A DNA stretch of 64,000 nucleotides from Porphyridium purpureum (GCA_008690995.1 VRMN01000004.1:1612001-1676000), one strand, 5' to 3'. Positions 1-10,983 are shown, numbered from the stretch's first letter. Notes: generated by a model from the letters alone, not told the origin. Numbers and translations are program-made.

Positions 1-2
1 CT

Positions 3-998
3 AAGCCGGCCGCGGCATTATCAAGCCGCGACTTCTGGAGCATGTTTACTGACACCAAAAGTGAGTCATTGTTCCACGAAGAGCTTGAGCTGGCGTTCGC
101 ACCAAACGCGCGGTTTAAAGGCGTCGGCCTGAAAGTGTCTGCCCTTTTGCGAACCTCTTTTGCCTCGCGGCGAATGATTCTGGAGGACTTGAAGTGCTTT
201 CGGCCGGACGCGGTTGTGATCTGTGCGACCATCCCTTGCATGCCACCGGGCGTGAGTGAGCTCTCTGCAAGCGCGACCTGCGTCGAAACACAAAAGTGGA
301 ATCGGCTGCTTCGCCAAAACTCGACGCTTCCTCGCATTTGGCTGCTTTGGTACCCAGAGGACGTGCTTTCTCTGGAAGACGAGCGCGAGCGACTGCGCGC
401 GAGTGTTTTGAGCATGGTGTCACGTATTGAAGTAGTTCACCGGCCGCGGGCCGTCATTTTTGCACACACGGAAGAGAAAGGGGATGAGGAGCCATGGCAG
501 CAGCAGTTGCTGCGTGCTTGCTACGTTGGCGCGCAGCTGGGTCGCGCGACACGAAGCAGTCTGCTGCCGGTCGGGGTGGCTTTTCCAACAGACCTGCCGG
601 GTGCCGAGCGCGAGGCCAGTGGATTAGGCAACGGTGGCTCTTTTGTAGCGAACGCAAACGCTACAAGTCAGGCCATTCTAACCGGTGCAAGCGCGGGACT
701 AACCTCGCTGTGGACAATGCTGTCGTCTTCAGTCTGGGATGATGCGGCTGCACAAGCGGAAGAAACCACGGTACCGAACCGGCTCGGATCCAGGGGCATT
801 GCTACACGGGAGCCGCGTGAATCCTCTAGTCAGATTGAACGGCCTGTGGATGCAGAGGGGTCGCAGGACCTGGATTCTACTGATCAGCTGCCTCCGAGCA
901 GGTCGTCGCCTCCCGCCGCAGACCCAGAGCCTCGCTCGGATCTCCTTGAATCGATGGAGTCAATGGCATCCAGTTTCGCGCAGTGGTGGCATGGCTAG
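3..998 (+). CDS. Hypothetical protein, 5'-partial (frame open to window edge)
   Basis: ORF 42-998; the same frame has no stop back to position 3 (KPAAALSSRDFWSM...). No recognisable motif. Confidence 0.6.
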   Translation, partial: KPAAALSSRDFWSMFTDTKSESLFHEELELAFAPNARFKGVGLKVSALLRTSFASRRMILEDLKCFRPDAVVICATIPCMPPGVSELSASATCVETQKWNRLLRQNSTLPRIWLLWYPEDVLSLEDERERLRASVLSMVSRIEVVHRPRAVIFAHTEEKGDEEPWQQQLLRACYVGAQLGRATRSSLLPVGVAFPTDLPGAEREASGLGNGGSFVANANATSQAILTGASAGLTSLWTMLSSSVWDDAAAQAEETTVPNRLGSRGIATREPRESSSQIERPVDAEGSQDLDSTDQLPPSRSSPPAADPEPRSDLLESMESMASSFAQWWHG

Positions 999-1612
999 AA
1001 TCCGAGCGACGAACGAAAAGAAAAAAAATTCAGTTGCAGAAGTATTGAAGCAGCATCTTGGGGCGTTGATGAAGCATCGCGGTTGTCGTGCGGATGTATG
1101 CCAATCGCTGCCGGAACCTTCCATTCCACCTGTCCATGCGCATAAATAAAATGATTGTGTGCCGTCTCATTCTTGCGTTCTTTCCGTGACACCACAAAAA
1201 CCTCGCTCAACGCACGGATACCACATTACGTTGCGCCGACCGGAAAAAGATCAGAACGAGATCTTCAACGCTGTCTCCGCACCATGCACCCACTACAAGG
1301 ATCTTTCATTTTGTTTATTTCTTGTCTCTCTGCCTGTGCTTCATTGTCCATGCGATAAAGCGAGTCGCCAGAAAAGGTTTAAAATGATTGCGGACATGGT
1401 GTAGTCCCCTGTCCTCGTGACATGTTCGCGCAATTCACAGTCACATCAGTACCGGAGACCAGCGCGGACTATTTCCATCGCCATCACCCACATCCACGAT
1501 GCAGCAGCTCATTCCCCTCCCCCCCGAACAGAGGCAAGCGTCACCGATGTGGCTAAACGGTTTCATAAACCGTTTACAAAAAAATGGTGTTCTGGAATAA
1601 AAAAAGATTTCA

Positions 1613-1714
1613 CGCTGTGGACAAGACTCGAACTTGCGCAGCTTTCGCTATGACGTGTAACGAGTTTCGTGGAACCGTTCGAGCGTCACCCCTTAACCGC
1701 TCGGGCACCACAGC
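1613..1714 (-). tRNA. tRNA-Ser(CGA) with 21-nt canonical intron
   Basis: Minus strand folds as acceptor GCTGTGG/CCACAGC + G discriminator, D arm CCCGAGCGGTTAAGGG, anticodon stem TGACG/CGTCA, anticodon CGA (1679-1681), intron 1657-1677 after base 37, long variable arm TAGCGAAAGCTG, T arm GCAAG-TTCGAGT-CTTGT. Oligo-T Pol III terminator at about 1599-1605. Confidence 0.93.
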
Positions 1715-1949
1715 TTGATGGTAGCAGCGAGGGAGGAAATTTAACAACTATATAGCCTTGTTCTTTCTATTCACGGTTTGAAGACTTTGAAACCGAGGGA
1801 GTACAGTCATATTCGATAGTGTACACTTGAGCGAGATTTGTTTTTCAGGTTTGGACATGCGGCGAGGAGAGAGGTGATCATGAGAGACGCAGAGAGGGAA
1901 GGAGGGAGGGAGGATTGGAGAAGGTCTTGGTGTCGTTTGCCTCTGCAAG

Positions 1950-2450
1950 ATGAAGGTTGTGGTGCCGAATATGCTGGACTTCCTGCAGTCGCCAATATAC
2001 AAGGCGGCGGTCAAGGCGTCGTTCAAGAAGTGCGATACAAACAAGGACGGCAAGATCTCCACAGACGAGCTGACGTATGCGTTTTGTTTCTTCTACTTCA
2101 AGATCTCGCAGAAGATCCCCGGAATTGCGGACCCGCCCGCGGCGTCCGAGGTCGCCGCGTGGCACAAAAAGTATGACACGGACGAGGATAGTGAGCTTAC
2201 GCTCGACGAGTACGACGCGCTCGTCACTGCGTGGGTGCGCGAGAAGGGCATGAACCTGGGCGGCGCCGCCGTCGTTGGACTGACAGTACAAACATTCATC
2301 CTGCCGGCCATCGCCGGACAGCTCTTTGCAGTGGCGCAACAGGTCTCCGGTCTCAAAGTGATCCCGGAAAAGGTCTTTTTGTTAGGTTGCGTGATTGCGT
2401 CCAAGTTCTTCACCATCATGGCGCGCCGTCGCAACACTGCCGAAGCGTAA
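1950..2450 (+). CDS. EF-hand calcium-binding protein with C-terminal hydrophobic segments
   Basis: Two EF-hand loops, DTNKDGKISTDE and DTDEDSELTLDE; hydrophobic C-terminal third. Confidence 0.8.
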   Translation: MKVVVPNMLDFLQSPIYKAAVKASFKKCDTNKDGKISTDELTYAFCFFYFKISQKIPGIADPPAASEVAAWHKKYDTDEDSELTLDEYDALVTAWVREKGMNLGGAAVVGLTVQTFILPAIAGQLFAVAQQVSGLKVIPEKVFLLGCVIASKFFTIMARRRNTAEA

Positions 2451-2566
2451 GACATGACGACAATTCAAGAATCGCACAAGAGCGTAAACAATCCGGTTCT
2501 TATTTTTTGAGTTTTCACACACGCACGCGCGTCGAAAGAAGCGAATCGCGGTTGAGGCAGCGTCGA

Positions 2567-3061
2567 TCACGTAAGATGCACGACCAAATCAGCCACCGGC
2601 TCTATGCCCATGGCCGCAAACGCGTCTGCCACTTGCCGCGCATGGGTATCCATGAGCGTCTGGTTCGCACTGCTGACAGCCACGGGTACGGGCGGCGGCG
2701 GTCCGCGAAGCTGATTCTGTGCCTCTAGCCTTTGCGCGAGGGCGGCAAGCCGATCTTCTGGTATATTCTTGGCCTTTGTGTGGTGCTGCAACGGCGCGGC
2801 GCGCACACGCATCAGCGCGAAGAGCTGTGTCACGTCTATCAGCATCTCAGCCGTCGAGTCCACAATCTCCTTGTACACTTGGTCGCTTCGTAAATCGTGA
2901 CACGCAGAAGCGAGGTCTTTTTCGCTCACTCCCTCACCTACATGCTCGCCGCCGTCGCGCACACCAGCATACAAATGTTCCGGTCCGCGCGCAGCGCCGA
3001 ATAACTGCGCAACTCGCGCCAGCAGAAAAGACATGCTCAACCACTTGAAACTCTCCCTCAC
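2567..3061 (-). CDS. Hypothetical protein (start uncertain)
   Basis: 164-aa ORF of protein-like composition, convergent with the EF-hand gene; no motif recognised. Confidence 0.4.
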   Translation of the reverse strand: MRESFKWLSMSFLLARVAQLFGAARGPEHLYAGVRDGGEHVGEGVSEKDLASACHDLRSDQVYKEIVDSTAEMLIDVTQLFALMRVRAAPLQHHTKAKNIPEDRLAALAQRLEAQNQLRGPPPPVPVAVSSANQTLMDTHARQVADAFAAMGIEPVADLVVHLT

Positions 3062-4220
3062 TGGCCGTCAAGCTTTATGTCGCCCAGACTGCAGAGTGGC
3101 AAAGGCCTGATGTGTGAGAAAGGTAGCGAACACGACAATGACTCGCGTGTCTTGCGTGGAAGCCACGAGCGCATGTCTCCGTCATATTGCACCTCTCGCT
3201 CGCAGGCGGTGAAAGCCAGAGAAAAACGGGTGGTCGGAGGCGCGGGCCGAGCGGCGCCTTGATGCCAGGCTCGGAGCATGAGAGAGGGTCGTCTGCGTGT
3301 TTCTTTGGCGTTGTGCACGAGTTCAAGAAAGGTTCGTACGAGCCCCGGGGCAATGAGGTGGTGCGCTCTAGGTCCAGTGCACCGGGTGCTGGACGCAGGC
3401 GAACGCGCAAAGACCATCGGCAAGGTTCGCTTTATGCGTATGAAGCGCGGTCATGGTGGCAATGTGGCGGACGTTCGAAGTCTTATCTCAGAGATAGAAA
3501 CAATCGGCACAAAGTGCAGCAGACAAACTTTTTCGCTGCAATGGTCAGATGACTGGTAGATGTGGTTGATTTCGATAGGATTTCGCGCATATTCGATCTT
3601 CACCGAATGCTGGTGCCCGTTGAGCACTCTCCAGTGGCGTAGATAATGGTTTCGGAAATCCAGCGCTGCGATCCGCAAGTCCCAATCATGATGCGCGAAT
3701 TCTGAGCATTGGCCTTCATTAGTATGGGGCGGCGAGTCCAGAATCTGGTCGATACCGTGCAGCGTGGGCTCCAGGAGAATGCTGGTCACGTAACTAGGCA
3801 CGAAAAGATCATCAATGGTCCTTTGGTGCTCACAAGGATGCTTCTGATTCGTTCTATGAAGATTGCCATGCGTCGGGCTGGCATTGCCTCTCACTTTGCA
3901 GACGCCACAGGGAACCTCAATGGTGTGTATCTCTGTTACGACCTGCTACATACGTTGAACGGAACGGGCAGCAGAGAGAGGCCGTACTGGATGCACGTTA
4001 TATCGCTCCCAGAAACCGCAGCCCTGCGTGCTAATCTTGGCATGGCGTCCATGGTGCTGGACATCCAAGTTGGAGGCCTAAAAGCTGCGGTTCGCTTTGC
4101 CATCAAGAGTGTCTAGCAGGACGCCTACGCGCGCGAGGTGCTCGGGACACGCTTCTTGTGGCACATTCGCGCCTTAATGATCTATATCTGCAGTAAAGAA
4201 ACAAAGAGCCGATTCGTGAA

Positions 4221-6230
4221 ATGCTCGCGCTCAGACTTTTGCAAGTAAAAATTTCGGCGTCGAGGCCGGACGGTTGGCTCACAGACACGCGACCGATTCG
4301 CAAGACAAGCATGTATATGTGCCCGTTACCTACTTCAGCGGCCTTTCAGCCGCCGCCCAGCCACGCCGGATGGCGCTCGCACGTGCGAGGTACTTGCCGT
4401 TCGGTCGCTCCGTTCGGGACGGATGCGCGCGGAAAGGTGGATCTCCATGTGTGCGGGATCAGTAGAAGCGAGAGTGGGCAGTCATGTGAGACCAGAGCTT
4501 CTGTGGATGAAGGAGTTGAGAGCCGGACGCGAGCCCGCGTTTCGATTGCTGTATTTCAAGCAGCGGCGGCCCTGGGACTCGGACTTGGACTGGGTCTTGG
4601 ATTAGTATCTTGCCCTGCACTTGCGTCGCCATGGCAAATGGACTTGGGCCTTGGAAAGGGTCCCTCGATAGCTGCTGAGCACATGCAGAGTAGAGAACAG
4701 ACAATTGTTGCGTCCGCGCTCTCTGCATCAGTGGGCGAGTCGAGGGACCATGTGGCGGGCCGTGCAACTCTGTACTCGGATGAAAAACCAGAACCGCAGA
4801 TCTTGCAGATGGCGTTCCTGGACAGCAAGTCTGCACCGGCTCTCAGTCAAGCCGAGCAGCAAGCAGCGCAGGAGGCGATGAACGCTCAGCAGGCGGCTTT
4901 GGCATCCGCCGACGAGGAGCACGCCCTCTTGGATCAAGTCTGGCAGACGATTTCAAAGCATGGGCTGGATCAGACATTCAACGCGCATGATTGGGGTGAA
5001 GTGCGTTCACAGTTTATGAAGCGTACGCTCTCGGACCGCAGGGCGACCTATGCCGCCGCGCGCGAAATGACCAAGCTTTTGGGAGACAAATACTCGCGCT
5101 TTCTTGAACCCAGCAAGTTTGCCGCAATGTCCAAATATGATATCACCGGCAGTGGGATGCTTCTCGCGCCCGATGAGCAAGGCGTGCTCACTGTTTCGTC
5201 ACCTCCGAGAAAGGATTCTGCAGCATTTGCAAACGGCATTCGATTAGGCGACAAGCTGTTGCAGGTGGAGGGCAAGCCGTTGAGCGGCATGACTGTGTAC
5301 GAGGCCGCGTCGCTACTCGGCGGAGAGGAAGGCTCGATTCTGAACGTGCAGGTTCAAACAGGACCCAGCGCGCCACGCAGTGTGCAGCTCACGCGCCACT
5401 TTTTCGTGAAGAACCCGGTGCCTGAACACTATGCCAAAACCGTGGCTGACACGGTTGGCGGCGGTGAGACAAAGGTGGGCTACATTCGGCTGACTGAATT
5501 CAATGCGTCTTGTCTAACAGCTGTACGCAAGGCCATCGAGGATCTTGAATCGCAGGGCGTGAATGCGTATGTGCTGGATTTGCGCGACAACCCTGGCGGG
5601 ATTCTGGAAGGCGCGGTCGAGATCGCTGGGCTGTTTCTCAAGCCAGACGCCGTAGCGGTGCGCGTCTTGGACGGAAGGGGCAATGAGGAACCATTTTTGG
5701 CGGCCCCGAGCAGCATAGAACCAATCGTGCGAAGTGACCCCCTGGCTATTGTTACAAATGGCATGAGCGCAAGCTCGAGTGAGGTCCTTTCTGGTGCACT
5801 GCAAGACAATTGTCGCGCACTGACGGCAGGCGCCAAGACATACGGCAAGGGTGTGATTCAGGCTGTGTTCGGCTTTTCAGATGGCTCGGGTATGGTGCTG
5901 ACGGTGGCCAAGTATCAGACGCCTGCGCACCGCGAGATTCAAGGTCAGGGCATTCTTCCCGACCTACCTTTGCGCCTTCCACCCGGCGGTGTGCCTTTTG
6001 ATCTGCGCCGCGTTGATTTTGACATTGTGCAAAATCGTTTGCTCAGCTGCTCGAGTGCGCAGCAGGTGCAATCCCCAAGCGAACTTGAGGCTCCCAGCGC
6101 TGCTTTGCGGGCGCACCGCATCGAGCAAAATCTAGCAGACTTGTTGTCGAGTAGCGATCTTGAGTCGACCGGCCACCGCGCATTGTCCCCGGGGCTGGTG
6201 ATGCATCTGTTCTCAGTGGAGTTTGATTAG
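4221..6230 (+). CDS. ctpA: Carboxyl-terminal processing protease (S41A, CtpA family), probably thylakoid lumen
   Basis: LGDKYSRFL, PDZ region, GYIRLTEFN, DLRDNPGG, catalytic Ser motif SASSSE and Lys motif TYGKG; long N-terminal extension with a hydrophobic stretch ending PALA (bipartite targeting). True start may be about 4311. Confidence 0.9.
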   Translation: MLALRLLQVKISASRPDGWLTDTRPIRKTSMYMCPLPTSAAFQPPPSHAGWRSHVRGTCRSVAPFGTDARGKVDLHVCGISRSESGQSCETRASVDEGVESRTRARVSIAVFQAAAALGLGLGLGLGLVSCPALASPWQMDLGLGKGPSIAAEHMQSREQTIVASALSASVGESRDHVAGRATLYSDEKPEPQILQMAFLDSKSAPALSQAEQQAAQEAMNAQQAALASADEEHALLDQVWQTISKHGLDQTFNAHDWGEVRSQFMKRTLSDRRATYAAAREMTKLLGDKYSRFLEPSKFAAMSKYDITGSGMLLAPDEQGVLTVSSPPRKDSAAFANGIRLGDKLLQVEGKPLSGMTVYEAASLLGGEEGSILNVQVQTGPSAPRSVQLTRHFFVKNPVPEHYAKTVADTVGGGETKVGYIRLTEFNASCLTAVRKAIEDLESQGVNAYVLDLRDNPGGILEGAVEIAGLFLKPDAVAVRVLDGRGNEEPFLAAPSSIEPIVRSDPLAIVTNGMSASSSEVLSGALQDNCRALTAGAKTYGKGVIQAVFGFSDGSGMVLTVAKYQTPAHREIQGQGILPDLPLRLPPGGVPFDLRRVDFDIVQNRLLSCSSAQQVQSPSELEAPSAALRAHRIEQNLADLLSSSDLESTGHRALSPGLVMHLFSVEFD

Positions 6231-6476
6231 GCGCGAGCGGTAGGGAGGTCGGTCTCTGTGAAGCTAGCGTTTCAGGGACAGCAGCATGGCGCGGGTTGCA
6301 AGAAGTGGACACGGGCCCTCAAATCCGATTGAAAGCTTTTGCAAGAGTGAGGAGAGATAGCGAAGGAAAGAATGCGTATAATTTTCTACTACATGGCATG
6401 CTCCAAGGCGACAACCACGACCGCTAGGGTCTCTACATGCTACTAAGTGCTACTACAACTATTAGATGGCTTCAGC

Positions 6477-7604
6477 TTAGGTTCCGGTCGGGTCCTCGCC
6501 TGTGCGGAACCCGCGGAAGCTCTCGACGAGCGAGCTGCGGCTCTGCGAAGGGTGCGGACCTTGGTACTTGCCCAGCGTCGCGAGCGAGTTGACGCGCGCG
6601 ACTTCCACAGCGAGGCGCTGCGCGTCTTCGACCTTGGCCGGGTCGCCCTTCCACAGGCTCAGCACGCTGGATTGCAGCGCCCGACCGTAGCTAAAGGAGA
6701 GCGACCACGGCGCGCGCCACTCACGCAGCCCGCTGTGCGCAAGCGAGTTCATAGTGTTCAGGTTAATGGTCGCCTCCTCTTCGCTCTGCCCCCCAGACAA
6801 AAACATGATGCCGGGGACGGCGGGCGGGACCACGCGGCGCATGGTTCGCAGCGTGAACATGGCTATTTCCTCGGACGACGAGCGCGTTTCGCAGCTCATT
6901 CCGGGCATGATCATCTGAGGCTTGAGCAGTGTGGCTTCGAGCAGGACGTTGTAGCGGTGCAGGCTCGCGTACACGTGATGGATCACTCGCTCGGCCACGT
7001 GCGCCGAGGTGGCAATGTGATGTGCGCCATCAATGAGGATCTCTGGCTCAACCATGGGCATCAGCCCGTGCGCCTGGCACGTGGCTGCGTACATTGCGAG
7101 CCCGTGCGCGCACTCCTCGATTGCGCGCTCGGACGGCAAGCCGAGCTGCGGCTCAATCTTGATGACCGCGCGCCACTTTGCAAAGCGCGCGCCCGCCTCA
7201 TAATACTGGCGCGCGCGGTCGGCGAGGCCATCAAGTCCCTCCGTAAACGTCTCGCCCGGTGCGTTGGGCAATGGCTTGAGCCCGCGGTCCATTTTAATGC
7301 CCGGTAGCATGTCTTGTTGCTTGACTAGCACGTCGACAAAGGGCGTTTGTTCCTGGCCCTTTCCATCCGTCGACTGATAAAGCGTCTCGTGGAACATGAT
7401 CGCGCCGGCAAAGTACTGGCCGATGCCCGGCGCGGTGTAAAACAGGCTTCTAAAGTCGCGCCGATTGTCCGCGGTATTCTGCAAGCCGACGGCCTCGAGC
7501 CGCTTGCCGACGGTTCCCGTGGACTCATCCGAGGCCAGAATCCCGCGCCCGGGCGCACACAACGCCAGCGCCGTCTCTACCAACTCATCCTTGTACTTGT
7601 CCAT
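6477..7604 (-). CDS. Class I fructose-bisphosphate aldolase, likely cytosolic
   Basis: GILASDES, GIKMD, GARFAKWR, PMVEPE, LLKP (Schiff-base Lys), FLSGGQSEEEA, FSYGRALQ; no transit peptide. Confidence 0.95.
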   Translation of the reverse strand: MDKYKDELVETALALCAPGRGILASDESTGTVGKRLEAVGLQNTADNRRDFRSLFYTAPGIGQYFAGAIMFHETLYQSTDGKGQEQTPFVDVLVKQQDMLPGIKMDRGLKPLPNAPGETFTEGLDGLADRARQYYEAGARFAKWRAVIKIEPQLGLPSERAIEECAHGLAMYAATCQAHGLMPMVEPEILIDGAHHIATSAHVAERVIHHVYASLHRYNVLLEATLLKPQMIMPGMSCETRSSSEEIAMFTLRTMRRVVPPAVPGIMFLSGGQSEEEATINLNTMNSLAHSGLREWRAPWSLSFSYGRALQSSVLSLWKGDPAKVEDAQRLAVEVARVNSLATLGKYQGPHPSQSRSSLVESFRGFRTGEDPTGT

Positions 7605-7730
7605 CGCTCAACTATCGCTCCTAACATCCGCCTCTCTCTCCTTGTCCGCCTCCCCAGACACTTTCGTTCCATCCACATCCTATTCGTGAAACCCCCGAAC
7701 TGTACTTTATGTACAGGCGCCATCCAAAGA

Positions 7731-7810
7731 ACGGCTTAACGGCTTAACGGAGTCAAGGCTTAAATGGCTTAATGGAATCATTGCTTAATGGAGTTATTGC
7801 TTAATGGTTA
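7731..7810. repeat. Degenerate short tandem repeat (GGCTTAAC/GCTTAATG)
   Basis: acggcttaacggcttaacgg...ggcttaaatggcttaatgg...gcttaatgg...gcttaatgg upstream of the aldolase. Confidence 0.7.
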
Positions 7811-8218
7811 GCTGGTGAGAATGGGTTGGTTGAGATTGTCGGGGTCAAATGTGCATCCAACAGGCATGAAGCTCGACGCCGAGAGCGTATCGTGTGCGGG
7901 AGTAGTTGCCGTCAGTTGGCAATGAAGACAGAGACCCTAATCCGTATTACGTGCGCCGCTCTTGTCTCTTCCTCTTCTTGCCCTTGCACCTAGGTGCAGA
8001 CGCTGTTGATCGGCATGCAGCAGCGCGTGGATAACCAAGCCGCACATCGCGCGACATCTCCCGCATCAAGCGTCACACGGTATCGCAGGTTCACATTGCG
8101 CGCAGTGTCCACCGCACGTGTGCGCTGAAACGCGACGACACGCCGCGCGCCGCGCGATGGAAAACATGCTCGCTCACCCTTGCGCTAAATTCTGGCGGTC
8201 GGTCCTTCCTCTCTGAGC

Positions 8219-8400
8219 TTTGTTCCTCTGTTCCTTTGTTCCTCGGTTCCTAGGTTTCCCTGCTCTTGGTATTTGTTGGTTTGATGGTTTGGTCGTTGTT
8301 CGCTGTTCTCTGTCTTATGTTCCTGGTTTGACGGTTTGACGGTTTAGTGGTTTGACGGTTTAGTCCTTGGGATTTTTGGGATTTTGGGATTTTGGAGTTG
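8219..8400. repeat. Low-complexity arrays with 8-9 bp period (TGTTCCTY, GGTTTGAC, TTTTGGGA)
   Basis: Tandem units directly visible upstream of the HAT/TPR gene. Confidence 0.7.
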
Positions 8401-8742
8401 TCGGGGACGGGGGTGATTTTTGGGGAGCTACTAGTGCGTGTTTATAGTGCGGTGTGTGTGTTTTGATAGAGAGGGGGTTGAGGGCGGTTGGTCGAGGTGC
8501 GGTGGGTGCGGTCGGTGTGAGGGCAGCTGGGCGGTTGTGCAGGGAGGGCGGGAGAGGGAGAGGGAGAGGAAGGTGCTGGGGTGGGAGAGGAGAGAAGGTT
8601 GAGGGTGGAGTGGAAGGATGATTGGGTTCGTAGGGGGTGTGTGCGGGCTGGACGCGCTGGATGCGCGGGTGAGCGGGCGGCGGAGCGCGGTGGTGTGCGG
8701 CGTGGATGAGCGCGGCGCGGTCAAGGAGCGCTCGCAGCCGGC

Positions 8743-10314
8743 ATGCACCGGCGCACGCCGGCGGCACGCCGTGCGGAACGGCGGAGCGCGCCGGGCAGGA
8801 GCGCAAAGGTGGGTGCAGCGGAAGACGAGGGGCAGGATGGCGCGGCCGCGCGCGGGCAGGTGCTGCGTGGTGCGGCGCTCGCGTCCGCCGTGCTGAGCGC
8901 CGTCGGCAGGCCAAAGACGTCGGCCACGCTCGAGATGCAGCGCCAGCTCGACGCGGTCAAGGTCATGCTCCGCGCCGGCCAGGTCGAGGACGCGCGCCGC
9001 GAGTTGCAGGATCTCGCAGAGACGTCGGGCAAGGACGCTACGGTGATGCGCATGTGGGGCGTCCTGGAGGGGCGGAATGGAAACGTGGAGCGCGCGCGCG
9101 AGCTGTTCGCAGACGCGGTCAAGAATGGCACAGGGGCGCTGGAGGCCGCGGCCTGGAACGCTTGGGCTCTGGTTGAACAGCGTGCAGGCAATCTGCAGGG
9201 TGCGCGCAAGTGCTTTCAGAACGGCCTGCGCGCAGACCCGTCGCACGTGCCGCTCTACCAATCGTACGCCGTCTTTGAAGGCAAGCACGGCAGCCGGAAC
9301 CACGCGCGAGAACTGTTTTCCCGCGCCATGCAGCTGCAGAAGCAGTGCCCGCGCACGCTGCTCGCGTGGGCCAATTTTGAGTCGCACGAGAAGAATGCGC
9401 CGTTCGCGCGCAGTTTGTACAACAATGCGATCGCGCAGGATCCTTCAGACATAAGCACGCAAATTTCGTACGCCCGGTTCGAGGAGAGTGTGCGCAAGTA
9501 TGATGTGGCCCGCGGCGTGTACCAGAAAATCCTCGCGTCCAACCCAACGTGCTTTCGCGCGCTGCACGCCATGGCCCAGCTCGAAGCCAAATTGCACAAC
9601 CACGCGCGTGCGGAGCGAATCTTCCAGCAATGCCTAGACTTGCCGGGATTAGATAATTCCGACCGCGCCATTGTGTACCAGGCCTGGGCAATGGCAGAGC
9701 GCCGCCGCAAGGGCTACGCACGTGCGCGCGAGCTGCTGCAGCAGGGCGCGGAGGCCGACCCCTCGCACGCGTATATATGGCAGGCATGGGGCATTCTCGA
9801 GCAGCAAACAAGGAACCCGGAAAAGGCTCGCGAGCTGTTTCAGCGCGGGGTCGAGGCGGACCCGTGCTCGGCGCCCACCTTCCAGGCGTGGGCGTCGCTC
9901 GAGGCCTCTGCCGGCAACGTGGAGCGCGCTCGTGAGCTCTTCAACCAAGCTGTCAAGGCCGACCCGAACCACGCGGTGAGTTGGCAGTCTTGGGGTGTGT
10001 TCGAGTCGCGACAGGGGAACATCGAGCTCGCGCGCAAGCTCTTTCGACGCACGATTGCAGCGTATCCGTACAATGCGCACGCACTGAACGCCTGGGCGCA
10101 GATGGAGCAGCAGCACGGCGAGTACGACCTTGCGCGTAAATTGTACCAGCGCTCTGTTGACGCGATGCCAGACCATAAGCCTTCGTGGCACGCGTGGGCA
10201 CTCATGGAGGAAAAGATCAGCAAGGAGCAACCAGACTCATCTTTGCTGCGCGGGCCGGCGTGCAGCCTGCCGAATCTTCGAGAGGAACATGAGATTGGCG
10301 ATCTCGAAGCGTAA
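8743..10314 (+). CDS. HAT/TPR repeat protein, HCF107/Mbb1-like plastid RNA maturation factor
   Basis: Repeated units of about 34 aa, (W/Y)QAWA..E...G....AR.LF..A...DP. A probable transit peptide (MIGFV...) begins at 8618 in another frame. Confidence 0.8.
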   Translation: MHRRTPAARRAERRSAPGRSAKVGAAEDEGQDGAAARGQVLRGAALASAVLSAVGRPKTSATLEMQRQLDAVKVMLRAGQVEDARRELQDLAETSGKDATVMRMWGVLEGRNGNVERARELFADAVKNGTGALEAAAWNAWALVEQRAGNLQGARKCFQNGLRADPSHVPLYQSYAVFEGKHGSRNHARELFSRAMQLQKQCPRTLLAWANFESHEKNAPFARSLYNNAIAQDPSDISTQISYARFEESVRKYDVARGVYQKILASNPTCFRALHAMAQLEAKLHNHARAERIFQQCLDLPGLDNSDRAIVYQAWAMAERRRKGYARARELLQQGAEADPSHAYIWQAWGILEQQTRNPEKARELFQRGVEADPCSAPTFQAWASLEASAGNVERARELFNQAVKADPNHAVSWQSWGVFESRQGNIELARKLFRRTIAAYPYNAHALNAWAQMEQQHGEYDLARKLYQRSVDAMPDHKPSWHAWALMEEKISKEQPDSSLLRGPACSLPNLREEHEIGDLEA

Positions 10315-10380
10315 GATTTTCTCCTCTAAGGTCACTCATGTATGGAACAAGAAATGCACAGTTTTGATTTACACTTTGAG

Positions 10381-10983
10381 CTACACGGGTAGTTGGTTCA
10401 CTCGGCTAAGCATCCGCGCCATGGCTACACGGAACGCGAGAAACGAGCAGCACGAGCCGCAGAACACCACACTCACAATCATGCAGGCAAACGAAACCCA
10501 GTGGTGATCGGTTCCTGTGCTCAAGAGAGTGGCACGAACTGAGCTCATCTCAGGACGCTGACCCTCTGGACGTGCTACCGCTCGGGCCTGCGAGTGGTCC
10601 AGCGGTACACCGTGGAAATCCTCGAAAGCGTGGGTGACTGGGCGTGGTCCGAGTGCTGCGCGCGAGCGCTTGCGGTTGCCGAGAAACTGGGTACGCTGCA
10701 TGTGCTGTGATTCCTCCTCTGAAATGAGCCGCATCATGGCAAGCAAGTTGCTCAGACCGTGCTCGACGCTGCGACTGAATCGGCCGCTCCACGCAAGCTC
10801 TATCCTCGACGCTGCTACGTATGTGCGCGCTACGGGTTCATGGCGCAAGAACTCAAGATCGCTACCTAGGTCTTGGAGCTGCGCATGCAGAAACGAATAC
10901 ACCACCTTGCACGCCAGAAGCTGCATCCCCAAGGCCAACGCGAGCAGCGCGACCGCGACGCGAACCACCCTGGATTTTTTCAT
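10381..10983 (-). CDS. Hypothetical membrane protein
   Basis: 200-aa ORF with N-terminal and C-terminal hydrophobic helices. Confidence 0.45.
   Translation of the reverse strand: MKKSRVVRVAVALLALALGMQLLACKVVYSFLHAQLQDLGSDLEFLRHEPVARTYVAASRIELAWSGRFSRSVEHGLSNLLAMMRLISEEESQHMQRTQFLGNRKRSRAALGPRPVTHAFEDFHGVPLDHSQARAVARPEGQRPEMSSVRATLLSTGTDHHWVSFACMIVSVVFCGSCCSFLAFRVAMARMLSRVNQLPV

Noticed and set aside
6447..7307. Long antisense or alternate-frame ORFs (e.g. 6447-7307, 27325-28482, 26296-27057, 59664-60632)
   Set aside because: Shadows of real genes in GC-rich DNA with strong codon bias; no motifs.
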